64,000 nt of DNA, taken from positions 172,732,001 through 172,796,000 of the forward strand of contig OX597817.1 in NCBI GenBank assembly GCA_951406725.2, written 5' to 3'. The DNA is from Octopus vulgaris. Lineage: Eukaryota. The notes below the pieces were generated by a model. It had not been told where the DNA came from and searched no databases. It saw only the letters and a list, made by a program, of their open reading frames with translations. This document shows, one piece after another, positions 12,984 to 25,138 of this stretch. Position numbers and translations under genes: made by a program. The first letter of the stretch is position 1. Each line of letters begins with the position of its first letter.

Positions 12984-13292
12984 GGAGGTGCAATGGCCCA
13001 GTGGTTAGGGCAGCAGACTCGCGGTTGTAGGATCGCGGTTCCGATTCCCAGACCGGGCTTTGTGAGTGTTTATTGAGTGAAAACACCTAAAGCTCCACGT
13101 GGCTCTGGCAGGGGGTGGTGGCAATCCCTGCTGTATTCTTTCACCACAACTTTCTCTCACTCTTTCTTCTGTTGGCCTGCTCGCTTGACCAGTGGTGTGG
13201 CGTCATTTGAAGGCTAAAACGATGCGAAGCACATTGGGATCAGCAATGTGCAGCAACATCTGATAGCCTGGTTGGTCACGGTGATCACTGTC
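12984..13292 (+). mobile_element. tRNA-derived SINE (family B)
   Basis: ggaggtgcaatggcccagtggttagggcagcagactc head; second copy at 32831-33112. Confidence 0.75.
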
Positions 13293-13730
13293 ACATTTGG
13301 TACAAGGCCTGAAACTTTAAGGGACGAGGTTACATTAACCCTGAAAGGATGAAAGGCAAAGACAACTTTGGCAGAATTAGAACTCAGAACATAATGACAG
13401 ACAAAATTCTGCTAAGCATTTTGTTTGGCGCGCTAATGATTCTGCTATTTTGCTGCTATCCTAACTAGAAATAATCCTTTCTACTAAAGGTACAAGGCCT
13501 GGAATTTTGGCGGGAGGGGACTTGTCGATTACATCGACCCCAGTGTCTCACTGGTTCTTAGTTTATCAACCCTGAAAGGATGAACAGCAAAGTTGACTTT
13601 GATGGAATTTGAACTTTGAACATAAAGATGGATGAAAGCATTTTGTTTGGCATGCAAATCATTCTGCCACCAGTTTGCTGCCATCCTAACTAGAAATAAT
13701 GGATGGTAAAAGTATGTTAAGAGTTTTATA

Positions 13731-13897
13731 GGCGCAGGAGTGGCTGTGTGGTAAGTAGCTTGCTAACCAACCACATGGTTCCGGGTTCAGTCCCACTGCG
13801 TGGCATCTTGAGCAAGTGTCTTTTGCTGTAGCCCCGGGCAGACCAATGCCTTGTGAGTGGATTTGGTAGACGGAAACTGAAAGAAGCCTGTCGTATA

Positions 13898-13946
<49 letters not shown>

Positions 13947-14147
13947 CTGTGTTTGTCCCCCTAGCATTGCTTGACAACCGATGCTGGTGTGTTTACGTCC
14001 CCGTCACTTAGCGGTTCGGCAAAAGAGACCGATAGAATAAGTACTGGGCTTACAAAGAATAAGTCCTGGGGTCGATTTGCTCGACTAAAGGCAGTGCTCC
14101 AGCATGGCTGCAGTCAAATTACTGAAACAAGTAAAAGAGTAAAGAGT
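13731..14147 (+). mobile_element. tRNA-derived SINE (family A), full length
   Basis: A-box-like TGGCTGTGTGG, B-box-like GGTTCAGTCC, internal (TA)n(TG)n and a TAAAAGAG tail. Confidence 0.85.
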
Positions 14148-16994
14148 TATAAATCTAGACAGAGATGCTAATAAGAGCCTCCCATATGCTGTATATTCTG
14201 TTGATTTTATCTGTTCACTCAGTCAATATAAGAAATGATAAGGATACTTGAAAGGGTCTGAGCCTTACTTTTACACTAGGAGGTGAAAAGTGTATGTTGT
14301 TATGTGTAGATGCAGATCCGTCCTGATTGGGTTAGCCTATGATCAAAGGCTTTCCAATCAAGACCATCCAGTTTATTTCAACCAGTATATCTTAGAATAC
14401 CCTATCAATTTCATTTTCCTTTTTGTTTAAGGCTACTATTTTTGATACATCAAGCTGCTACAACTATGTCATTCTCCTCCTCCTCATCCCCTTCATCATT
14501 ATCTCTTAGCACCAGTCTTCCATGCCGGCATGGGCTAGACCCTAGCATGGGTTGCACTTCTAGCTATTTCTCGTACATCAAAACAACTATTCAGAGGCCT
14601 CTCTTTTTCTTTCAGTCTGAAGTCTATTGATGTCATCTTTCTCCTCATCATCTTTTAACATCTACCTGCCATTCTGGCATGGTTGGACTCTGGCATTGGC
14701 TGTACTTATTTGTATTTCTTGTACAAACAACAACCGCTCAGAATCCTCTCTTTTTGATCAGACTGAAGTTTACTGATGTAATTAGTTCATTTATTAACCC
14801 TTTAGCATTCAGGGTCAAATGTGATGCTTATTCCTTCACATTGTTTTGAATGCATACACTTCCACACACACATACACATGCATTCAAGTATACATGTTTA
14901 CGACAGGCTGTTTTTGTTTTTGCATTCACAAAATGTCACTCACAAGGACATTGGTCTGCCTGTGGCTATAACAGAAGACACCACCTAGCATTGTTTGTGC
15001 AGTGGAACTGAACTTCTAACCATTTGGTTCCAAAGCAAACTTCTTAACCATACAGCCATCTCTGTGCCATTTGGTTGTAGACCTCTTACCTCAGTAATTC
15101 ATACAAGTGTCTATATTTGTAGAAACATCCTGTTTGATAGATTATATTTGCAAAGAACCTTTATCAAAGACAAAGGGTGTATCAGAATCTATATAATAGA
15201 CTGGCCAGGACTATTAGGTTAGTCGGTGGAAATAGTAGACTAGTGATAGTCTGAATTGGCAAGAATTGCTTTGGAAATCAATTCGGAATGAAGATCATTT
15301 GGCTCTGTTTGCAGAAGAAATATTAATGTTATAGATATTGAATAAAAATGGATAAGAAGTTTGTGAACAGATGTTTATTAATGGTGGCTGAATTACGTAA
15401 ATGTTGAGCAATGTAATCGAGGCTAATTAGATGTGGATGGAATAAATGGCAAATGGTTACTTGATTAGATTTAATTAAATCAAAGATTCCCAACCATTTT
15501 CATTTCATTTGTCCCCTGGCAACATTTTGTTAATAAATTTATTCCTGCCCTCTTTTTTTTTTTTTTTTGCCAGCAATTTGAGCTGATACTTTTATAATAA
15601 TAAAATAACAACTAAAAGGGAAATTTAAAATGATGCTTTTAAACAGTATTTTAATAATTATCATTTTAACGTTTACTTTCCCATGCTTGCCTGGGTCAGG
15701 CATCAGTATATCAGGACAGAGTTTTCTATGGTCAGAACCCTTCCTGCCCCCCACCCCCCACAACTTGTTTCAAAGCAAGATCATCATCATCATTGTTTAA
15801 TGTCTGTGTTTCCCATGATGGCATGGATTGGACGGTTTGACAGGAGCTGATATGCTAGGGAACTGCACCCAGCTCCAGTGTCTGCTTTGGCATGGTTTCC
15901 ACAGCTGGATGCCCTTCCTAACACCAGCCACTTTGCAGAATGTACTGGGTGCTTTTTATGTGGCTTCAGCACTAGTGCAGTCACTGAGTTATTCACAAGA
16001 TCCTCCCTCAACTGAGGTGTGTGGAGTATGCCAAGTTAAAGGTTAAATGCTTTATAGAGGTTAATGACATTATAGAGAGATAAAAACAAATGTTTTGCAG
16101 TAGAGATGTTTTTAAATCATTATTTTCGGTCCAGATAACAATGAAAATAGAGCATAATACCATTCCATGTATTTGTAATGATGACCAGCTATTAGAATGA
16201 AACACAGTCATGTAAATTAAGAGTATTTCATTAGCAATATAGTAATTAAGAACTATACAGTTCAAATTGTTAAATGGAAAAGAGGTTGGAAAAACAAAAT
16301 TGAATTGGCAGTTTTCACGAAATAGGAATACTTAATATTTTGTTCTCACTTCCAGATTTTTCTTAAATCTGGAAATGCCAGTCCACATAAAAAGCACTTG
16401 TACCAGTCCATGTAATAAGCAACCATGCTGGTGTCTCATAAAAAGCACCCAGCACATTCTGTAAATTGGTTGGCATTAGGAAGGGCTGTAGAAACCAAAC
16501 CAAATCAGGCTGGAACCCGGTACAGCTACTCAGCTTGCCAGTTTTCAGTCAAACCGTCCAACCCATGCCAGCATGGATGACGGATGTTAAATGATGATGA
16601 TGATATAATTGAAAAAAAAATTGTTTAAATCCAGAATCAGCAAATTTAGCCCTTGGGTAGGTGAAATTTGCCCCTGGTAGTAGATTTACTTCAGTTTGGG
16701 AAGCCCTGAATTAAATCATGGCATGGTCACAGGTGGATTTCTAAAACCATTAAAAATAATAGTTGGTTTGTTTACATCTCTGTAACTTAGTGGTTTGGCA
16801 AAAGAGACCAATAGGAAAAGTACTGGACTTAAAAAAAAGTAGTACTGGAGTTTTGTTTGACTAAAACCTTTCCAGGCAGTGCCCCGCCATGGTTGCAGCC
16901 CAATGCATAAAATAGATAAAAGAGAGATGAGAGGGACATGCTTGCAACTTCATGAGCAAAGAGTCCTGTTGAAGTAAAAAAAAAAAAATAAATA

Positions 16995-17241
16995 CACCCT
17001 TTTAAAGCCTAGCCAGGCTCATGGGCCCGGTTTCCTGGTTTCAATGGCGTATGTGTTCCCCAGTTGGATGGGACGCCAGTCCATCGCAGCGTTACTCATT
17101 TTTGCCAGCTGAGTGGACTGAAGCAACGTGAAATGAAGTGTTTTGCTCAAGAACACAACGTGTCGCCCAGGTCCAGGAATCGAAACCACAATCTTACGAT
17201 CATGATGCTGACACCCTAACCACTAAGCCATGCACCTCCAC
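16995..17241 (-). mobile_element. tRNA-derived SINE (family D)
   Basis: The minus strand reads gcatggcttagtggttaggg...gtgttcttgagcaaaacacttcatttcacg. Related copies at about 3765-4040, 12360-12600(-), 50125-50440 and 60455-60780(-). Confidence 0.7.
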
Positions 17242-18049
17242 CCTGTTGAAGTAGGCAGATTTTATTACTTTTAAGGCTGTTAACATTGAGATTGATGAAG
17301 ATTTATGTGTGAGTCTCATGTTATGGTTGTTATGCATATTTAATGGATGTCAATATGACAGAACTGATATCTTATAATATGTTTAACACTGACGATGAAG
17401 GAATACAAGCAGGTCTATTGGCATCGTTGTCATCATCATCATTAGCAGCAGCACTATCATTGTTTTACAACTATTTTTTCCCATGGGTTGACTAGGTCTG
17501 CTCCAATACAGCATCTCACTACTTGTTGCAACCGTTTGTCATCTGATTATACACAAGAGAAAACAAAAACTAATGATTTTAGTCGCTTGTATGTTGTTTT
17601 TGGTATGGTTTTTATAGATGAATGTCCTTCTTATTACTAATCACATAGCAACGTGCTCTCGATGCATTTTATCATGCCTCTGGCATTAAAGAAGTTGTCT
17701 GCTATGGTTAAAGTGTCCACTCTACTCTTTATTAGTGTTTAATCTGAGTTGCTGTTTGATTGAGCAGATCGATAATCAAAGGTATTCTAATTTTGACTGT
17801 CAATTTCTTTTAGTAATATACAAGACACAGAGAGTGATTTATGGGATATTTGGCTGCTATTTCCAGCAATTTAAGTGACCACATAAAGAAATCCTTGTTG
17901 GCTCATCCTAGACAAGCTGCCTCTGCTTGTGCATGTGACATCCACGTTTCCTTTGTGCAATGAGGGCCAAAGAAAAGCTTTGTCATATGCTGTTGGGTTT
18001 GTTCAGAGTACCCACTTCCTAAATTGGTTACTTTCACTACAGTTGGGGA

Positions 18050-18990
18050 TCCATGTCCCTTTATGATATTGTGAGGGGATTTTAGCTACTAAAGGAGGTG
18101 GCTTGACATAAGGTTGTTTCTGCTTTCTAGGTAAAGAGAGAGATCGAATATACAGTGGTAATAAGGCCTTCACCATGATGCTAGGTATTGAGTACTGATT
18201 TCTCTCTACTTATTAAAACTTTGGTCTTCACCAAATTTATTCAAAAACTTCTCAATTCTAGGCTTTTGTTTCCATATTTGGAATTTACTCTCTAACTCTT
18301 CCACAGGCACTACTAGGTCATCAGCATGTAGGAGTTCCCTCAGACAGCTAGTCATAAACTCCTCTGTTATAGCTTGAACTATAATAAATTAGAAGGGACT
18401 TAAGAATGAACTTTGGGGAACACCTAAATTTCTCAGTTTTATTGCAAACTTACACCTTGTTGACTGCATCTCTGTACACGGCTTGCAACAAACTATTCAT
18501 CTACACTTAATTTTTTTTCCAAGATCACTAAACTATAGATTGTGGTACGCTGCCAAAGTCTTCTCCAAATCAACAAATGTTAGGTAGAGAGGCTTACTCA
18601 GTTACAAAAAAATATTTTGTGATGTCTCATTATAAAGAGTGCAATCTGAACCAAATCTCTTTAACCCTTTTGTTAACAGACTTCTGTTGGAATTTGCTGC
18701 CTTTGTTTGAATTAATTTTCAAGATAATGAAAAATTCAGTCATATATTTTGGTCATTTTTAAGCTGCTGCTTGGAATATAAATTTACATGAAATTTCAAA
18801 GGAAGGTTTTAATTTAACCTACTTTAAACAGGAAGTTTGTTTCTCATAGAACCGAGGATGGGTTAAAGAGGCTTCTTTCCATAATCAAGAAAGTCTAGAC
18901 TTTTTCTGTTACTTTCATAACTTGATCCACCATTTTAATTCCTCTACAATTGTCTCTTTTCAAAGCATCTCCTTTGTCCTTGCACCAGTT
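18050..18990 (-). mobile_element. Heavily decayed RTE reverse-transcriptase remnant
   Basis: The reverse complement near 18315-18340 translates ELLHADDL (YADD box); the surrounding sequence is stop-ridden. Confidence 0.55.
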
Positions 18991-19088
18991 GATGATTATA
19001 TTGATACAGTAGTCACTGGGTATGAATACTTCTGTGTATTACCGGGTTGATTATGTGAGTGACTAGCTGGTGCTCTTCTTTATCATAC

Positions 19089-19458
19089 ACTAGCAGTATC
19101 GCTCAGCATTGCTCGGGTTTGTTTCGACCCTTTAGAATTGGAATTTTTGAAAAGTAAAAATTTTGCATTATGTAGCTTGTTATACTCCTTAAGTGAACAT
19201 TTTTTCTGGTTGAAATACACTGAAAATCGTAAAAAACAGGAATTTTCATAGAAAAAAAAAGCACCTTTTTGATGTAAATAATTTTTGGTGTTAACATGGT
19301 CCGATTTGAATTTTTTCTTCTACGGAAGGAAGAGCAAGCCTTCTTCTATCATACTTTCAATTTTGGTCAACTTGTGCCGCAGGGTCTCGAAGAGATAGTG
19401 TCAGTTGAAGGCTACCAAACCTGCCATACACAGACAACTTCAGTTTTATATATATAGA
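19089..19458. mobile_element. Non-autonomous Helitron/Helentron-like element
   Basis: Starts ACTAGCAGTATCGCTCAGCATTGCTCGGG (CTAG plus a hairpin-like end) and ends acagacaacttcagttttatatatatag. The family call rests on terminal patterns only. Confidence 0.45.
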
Positions 19459-20047
19459 GAAGATTTTCAGTATTTTAGTGACTATACCTGTTGGACCTCC
19501 TCATATCTTCAACAGCCATTTTGCTCTTGTACCTGTCCAATAGCTGGCCCCTCTATTGGGTAGACTTGGTGTAGTTCCTCTTCCTCCTACGTATTCCAAA
19601 TTCAGCACCATCTCATTATAACATTTCCAAGCTTCTTTCTTCTCAACATTAGTCAGAGTAAGTGAGCTGCTATTATCTTGAATATACTTTTCCCTAATGA
19701 CATCTTAATATATTCTGACATACAGAACAACTCATGATTCTGATCTTCTCACAACAGAACTCTGGCAAACTTTCTATTTTCTACTTCTCTTCAAGTTATG
19801 TGTATTTATTATCTAGTTCCTCCCTTAGTTACATGATATAGTTCTTTGCTATCCACATTCTTCCAGTTTTTCCATACCTGTCTGTTAGCTTTTATGACTC
19901 TGTTGATAGCATTGATCTACCACCGTGTTACCTTACATCAGGCTCTGATCACAGAACTTACTTTCAGCAAGTTGTACTGTAAGAAACTCCCAGTTATCTT
20001 CTGTGTCATAGATTATAAATTTCTAATTCCTTTATGTCAAACATATA

Positions 20048-20287
20048 CTCTTTTACTCTTTTACTCACTCTTTTACTTGTTTTAGTCATTTGACTGTGGC
20101 CATGCTAGAGCACTGCCTTTAGTCAAGCAAATTGACCCCAGGACTTATTCTTTGGAAGCCTAGTACTTATTTTATCGGTCTCTTTTGCCGAACCGCTAAG
20201 TTACGGGGGACATAAACACACAACCGTTGGTTGTCAAGTGATGTTGGGGAGACAAACACAGACACATAAACATATATACACACGTAC

Positions 20288-20328
<41 letters not shown>

Positions 20329-20489
20329 ACGGGCTTCTTTCAGTTTCTGTCTACCAAATCCACTCACAAGGCTTTGGTCGGCCCAAGGCTATAGTAGAAG
20401 ACACTTGCCCAACATGCCACGCAGTGGGAATGAACCCGGAACCATGTGGTTGGTAAGCAAGTTACTTACCGCACAGCCACTCCTGCGCC
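20048..20489 (-). mobile_element. tRNA-derived SINE (family A)
   Basis: Reverse-complement full-length copy. Confidence 0.85.
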
Positions 20490-20750
20490 TATGTAGAGAA
20501 GCTCTGAACATATAATTTGTAGCAGAAGGATGTTTCCCTTTCTCTACCGTCTCTCTCCAGCATGTCTTTTGTCTCTCAGTTTATCTGATTCTTATTCCAA
20601 AGTCACTAGTCAGTACCTATGTTGTGCCTGTCCTATTTTTTTTGGTGAGTCTGTCTAGCTGGTATGTCTGCCTGATTGGAAGGAAAACAGCTGACTGGTT
20701 GATTTTCTAAGTTGTTTTGTAGATGTTTGTTTTATTTGCATCACAGAACT

Positions 20751-20983
20751 TCAACCTTTTTGTTACCATATTTCTGTTGAGATGCTCTGTGTTTCTTTCA
20801 ATCAATTTTAAATATAACAAAGAATTTAGTTAAATAACTTAGTTATCATTAAGCTTGTATTAGGAACATCATAAATTGTGACTAAGGTTTGGTGGAAGAC
20901 TTTAATTCAAAACTTATAAAAACAAGACATTTGTACTACAGAGCCAGAGGCGGTTTCAGCCAGGTTGGTATCAAAAGGGTTAA
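20751..20983. mobile_element. TTAA-flanked MITE copy
   Basis: Matches 5141-5368 and ends aaaagggTTAA. Confidence 0.8.
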
Positions 20984-22852
20984 CAGTCTTGATCCCTTTT
21001 CATTCTGAGAACTGTATACATAGCCACCATGTACTTCAGAGTAGCTGGCACCATGCTACCCAACATGTCCATTGAAATCACCTATAAAGAAAATGATGTT
21101 AGTATCATTTATCAAAGTGGTTCACAATAAGGCTTCATAAATCCTTTGTTATTCGTCTATTTCTCTGTCTCTTGTATACCTATTTCACTTAGGCCAACAT
21201 TGTTACCTACCCATAAAAGAATTTGTACCTGTTTTCTTCACCTGATAGGATTCTGGCTGAGACTCTTCTCTATTACACCTTTGCACCCACTTTCCTCCAC
21301 ACCTACATTCCTTCACCCTAGTATCACCCTAATCTCACCAGATCTACCTTTCATTGTGTCAGTATTGACAAATATGATTCTGAATTTCTGAAATAGGATG
21401 GATTGATAGGCAAGGTGTGTTTTTTGTACCTGAAGTGAGGTGTGTGATTATTTGATGATGGTCAAGAGGTGGTTGCACTTATTCAGATGTTTCCTCCTGT
21501 CCACTTCACTACTGTACACAACACTAACAGAGTAAATGCTAGTCCTGTGTATATAGCTTTGTCAATATATTGGATTATTTATTATTTTACAGGCTGGATG
21601 CCTCTCCTATCACCAACCACTTTACAACTTGAATTGGGTGCGTTTTATCTTGCCGCCACTTCTAGACAGGTTCTTTATCAGGACTAAACTGTCCCTTCCA
21701 TGTTGTGTTAGTTTTATTCAGAGTTACAGCTCTCTTAAGCAGGTTGTTTTCGCTGTGGCTTGTGGAGTTCATGTCTTTTCCTTGTGGATCTTCAGTCACA
21801 GTGTACAATGCTAAAATTACAGCTTTAAGTACACTGTGTTATCTGGAAGCAAGATGAGAAGGAATGTGATAAAAGGTTATAGAAACCATCAGACGTCTTG
21901 ATAGATGGGAAAAGGAGAATCTGGAAGAGAGACAGAAAGAATGGAGTGTGAGAGTGGGTATTTGGGAGTAAGACAGATGAAATGATGAGGTAAAGTCAGA
22001 ATAAGATATATATGTATATATATAGATAGATACATTGATGGATAGATAGATTAGGAGAGAGAGAGAGAGAGAAATAAGAGAGGCGATGGTGGAGATAGAA
22101 AAGAGTTAGTTAAGAGAGGTAGGATGGAAAGAGAACGATATAGATGGACATGTTAGAATTGTAAAGAGAGAAGAAAAGATCTGTAGGAGAGTAATGAGAT
22201 GGGGGAGGAAGAAGGGGATATGAAGTGAAGATAGTGAGAAGAGAGAAAGATGAAATCATGCTGTCAAAATGGGTGCATTAAGAACCTGTCCCTGTATGGC
22301 TCAGCAGCGAAGGGAGAGAATCCAGAAAGACTTTATGGAAATGTGTGGTGGGTACGGAGGGGGGGAATAGGCATTTATGTTTGTTTAAAAGAAATCACCA
22401 GTTTCTTTTTAAAAACCATGCAGCACCAATCCTTTTACAAAGGAACAGTGAATATACAAGAATAAAAATAATCCCAAAAAAAAGCTCAATCTTATCTTCG
22501 GAATTTGTGTTTCAGTAAGGCCATTAAAATATGACATCATGAAATTCCTTTTCCAGAACAATATCCGTTTCTGTAGTCAATTGTCTGTTGTGTCATGGAT
22601 CACTGTTTCTACGTAGAAACCTATGACTTAGCCATGGCAGCAGCAACAGCTCAGATCTGTGTTAGTCTGTCATCATGAATCATTGTTTTCTTTATAAACG
22701 GCACAACAAAAATCCTTTTGTGAATAGATAGCAAAATATTTGTAGTGTGTGTGTGTGTGTGTGTGTTTTATATATATATATATATATATAGGCGCAGGAG
22801 TTTTATATATATATATATATACGCGAGAAAAAAGCAACAAGAATGGATAGGT

Positions 22853-22943
22853 TTTTAGTACAATCGTTTCATACAAGGACAGGCTTTATTAAAAGTTGCA
22901 AAAATTGCAGCATATAAACGTGTCCCGTACTCATCAGCTAAAA
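22853..22943 (-). ncRNA. Type-I hammerhead ribozyme, identical inverted copy
   Basis: Exact reverse complement of 23665-23755. Confidence 0.85.
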
Positions 22944-23664
22944 TACATGTGAGTTCTCTAGACATCCTAGTGGTTGAGGCTATACTCATGAAGTAATGTA
23001 GATAATTAAGTAACATAAACAGATTTCCAAAGTTCATTAAAGTTCTTTAAAGATGATGTACAGTCTTATCACAGAATTTTAAAAAGTTTTAATAGCATCA
23101 CAGAGAAGGTGACTTAATCCATAGTGTACATATGAATTTCCAGAGATATGAGGAGGGATTACATACCCACAGACGACAAATTTATCCATTGCTAATCACA
23201 ACGAGGTGGGTTTCAATTCCTGCTTATTAGCATTGCAGAGAGGGTGAATTAATCCTTTGTATAGATGCACAATTTCCAATGGTGTAGATGTAAATTTCCA
23301 GAGAAATGAAGAGGAATTTCATATTCACAGGCGATAAATTTATCAATGGTTGAACACAATGAGGTGGGTATCAATTCTTGCTATATGATTAGGTATTTGC
23401 CACATTAATCACATTACTGCTATTTTCAAGAGACTGTAGCTATTTAACTTTTAAAGGATGAAGGGCTTTCTGGAGAGGCAAAGAACAGAAAAGGGAAGGA
23501 AAGAGAAGAAAATAAAGGGGAGGGAGCAAAAGGGGGGGGGGCTAGAAGAGAAGAGAAAAGGAAAAAGAAAAAAGAAAAAGAGAATAAGAAGAAGTTACTT
23601 AATTATCTACATTACTTCATGAGTATAGCCTCAACCACTAGGATGTCTAGAGAACTCACATGTA

Positions 23665-23755
23665 TTTTAGCTGATGAGTACGGGACACGTTTATATGCTG
23701 CAATTTTTGCAACTTTTAATAAAGCCTGTCCTTGTATGAAACGATTGTACTAAAA
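23665..23755 (+). ncRNA. Type-I hammerhead ribozyme (Penelope-like, minimal stem III)
   Basis: Stem I TTTTAG (23665-70) pairs with CTAAAA (23750-55). Core CTGATGA at 23671-77, long stem II GTACGGGACA...TGTCCTTGTAT, GAAA at 23738-41, stem III C-GATT-G. Cleavage triplet GTA, with the cut after 23749. Confidence 0.85.
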
Positions 23756-23922
23756 ACCTATCCATTCTTGTTGCTTTTTTCTCGCTTATAATCACCCCAC
23801 ATTACTGTATTGTTAAAACCGTATAGTTTGTTTTGGTGCATCTAAGTTAGGTACCATATTCAAGTAAATTCATTTAAATTAACTTGAATCTTTATTGCTT
23901 TTTGTATATATATATATATATA

Positions 23923-24317
23923 GGCGCAGGAGTGGCTGTGTGGTAAGTAGCTTACTAACAAACCACATGGTTCCGAGTTCAGTCCCACTGCGTGGCACCT
24001 TGGGCAAGTGTCTTCTGCTATAGCTCCGGGCCGACCAATGCCTTGTGAGTGGATTTGGTAGACGGAAACTGAAAGAAGCCTGTCGTATATATGTATATAT
24101 ATATGTATATGTATGTGTGTGTCTGTGTTTGTCCCCCGAGCATTGCTTGACAACCGATGCTGGTGTGTTTACGTCCCCGTCACTTAGCGGTTCGGCAAAA
24201 GAGACCGATAGAATAAGTACTGGGCTTACAAAGAATAAGTCCCGGGGTCGATTTGCTCGACTAAAGGCGGTGCTCCAGCATGGCCGCAGTCAAATGACTG
24301 AAACAAGTAAAAGAGTA
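23923..24317 (+). mobile_element. tRNA-derived SINE (family A), followed by a second interrupted copy at about 24342-25120
   Basis: Near-identical to 13731-14147. Confidence 0.85.
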
Positions 24318-24488
24318 ATATATATATATATACATATATCTAGGAGTGGCTGTATGATACGTAGCTTGCTTACCAGCCACATGGTTCTGGGTTCAGTCCC
24401 ACTGCATGGCACCTTGGGCAAGTGTCTTCTACTATAGCCACAGGCTGACCAAAGTGGGTTTGGTAGATGAAAACTGAAAAAAGACCGT

Positions 24489-24526
<38 letters not shown>

Positions 24527-24713
24527 AGTGTATTGTAGTTCGCTTGAAGCACTGTGTATTGTTTGTAAAATATAACATGTCTTGAATGGCAAAACAATCG
24601 GATGCCAGATAATATTTCCCAAATGCTGCCTTATATCAGACTATGGATAATTAAATTATAAAGCTATTATAGTCCACTCTGCATTGTTGTGCCATTCAAG
24701 ACAAGTTATATTG

Positions 24714-24746
24714 TTTCTGACGAAGAGCTCCACTCGAAACATTAAA
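24714..24746 (+). ncRNA. Minimal hammerhead-like motif
   Basis: CTGACGA-A-GAG-ctcca-CTC-GAAA-CATTA. Stem II is 3 bp and stem I is weak; a pyrimidine-rich tail and (TA)n follow. Confidence 0.5.
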
Positions 24747-24845
24747 TCCTCCTTCTTTCTTTCCTTTCCTGAGCGTCCAATAACACTATACTTGTTCCAC
24801 ATTCTTGCATTGTTGTGTTTTCTCTTTGTGTTTTCATGTTTGGAT

Positions 24846-24910
<65 letters not shown>

Positions 24911-25138
24911 ATATGTATATGTTTATGTGTCTGTGCATCTCTCCCCACCATCGCTTGACAACTGATGTTGGTGTGTTTACATAACTTAGCAGTTTGGCAA
25001 AAGAGCTTGATAGAATAAGTACTAGGCTCACAAAGAATAAGTCCTGGGGTCGATTTGTTCGACTAAAGGCTGTACTCCAACATGGCCACAGTCAAATGAC
25101 TGAAACAAACAAAAGAATATAATAGTCATCATCATCAT

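Larger units (their letters stand above)
22802..23904. mobile_element. Young fold-back element with 192-bp perfect inverted arms, probably derived from a Penelope-like element
   Basis: 22823-23014 is the exact reverse complement of 23594-23785. The element is flanked by a duplicated (TA)n-GGCGCAGGAGT target (22791-22801 and 23923-23933). Confidence 0.8.

Noticed and set aside
13731-13805. tRNA gene candidates at SINE heads
   Set aside because: A/B boxes are present but no complete cloverleaf; the sequence continues into a repeated SINE body.
18319-18325. CTGATGA on the minus strand
   Set aside because: It is the ADD codons of a decayed RT, with no stems or GAAA partner.
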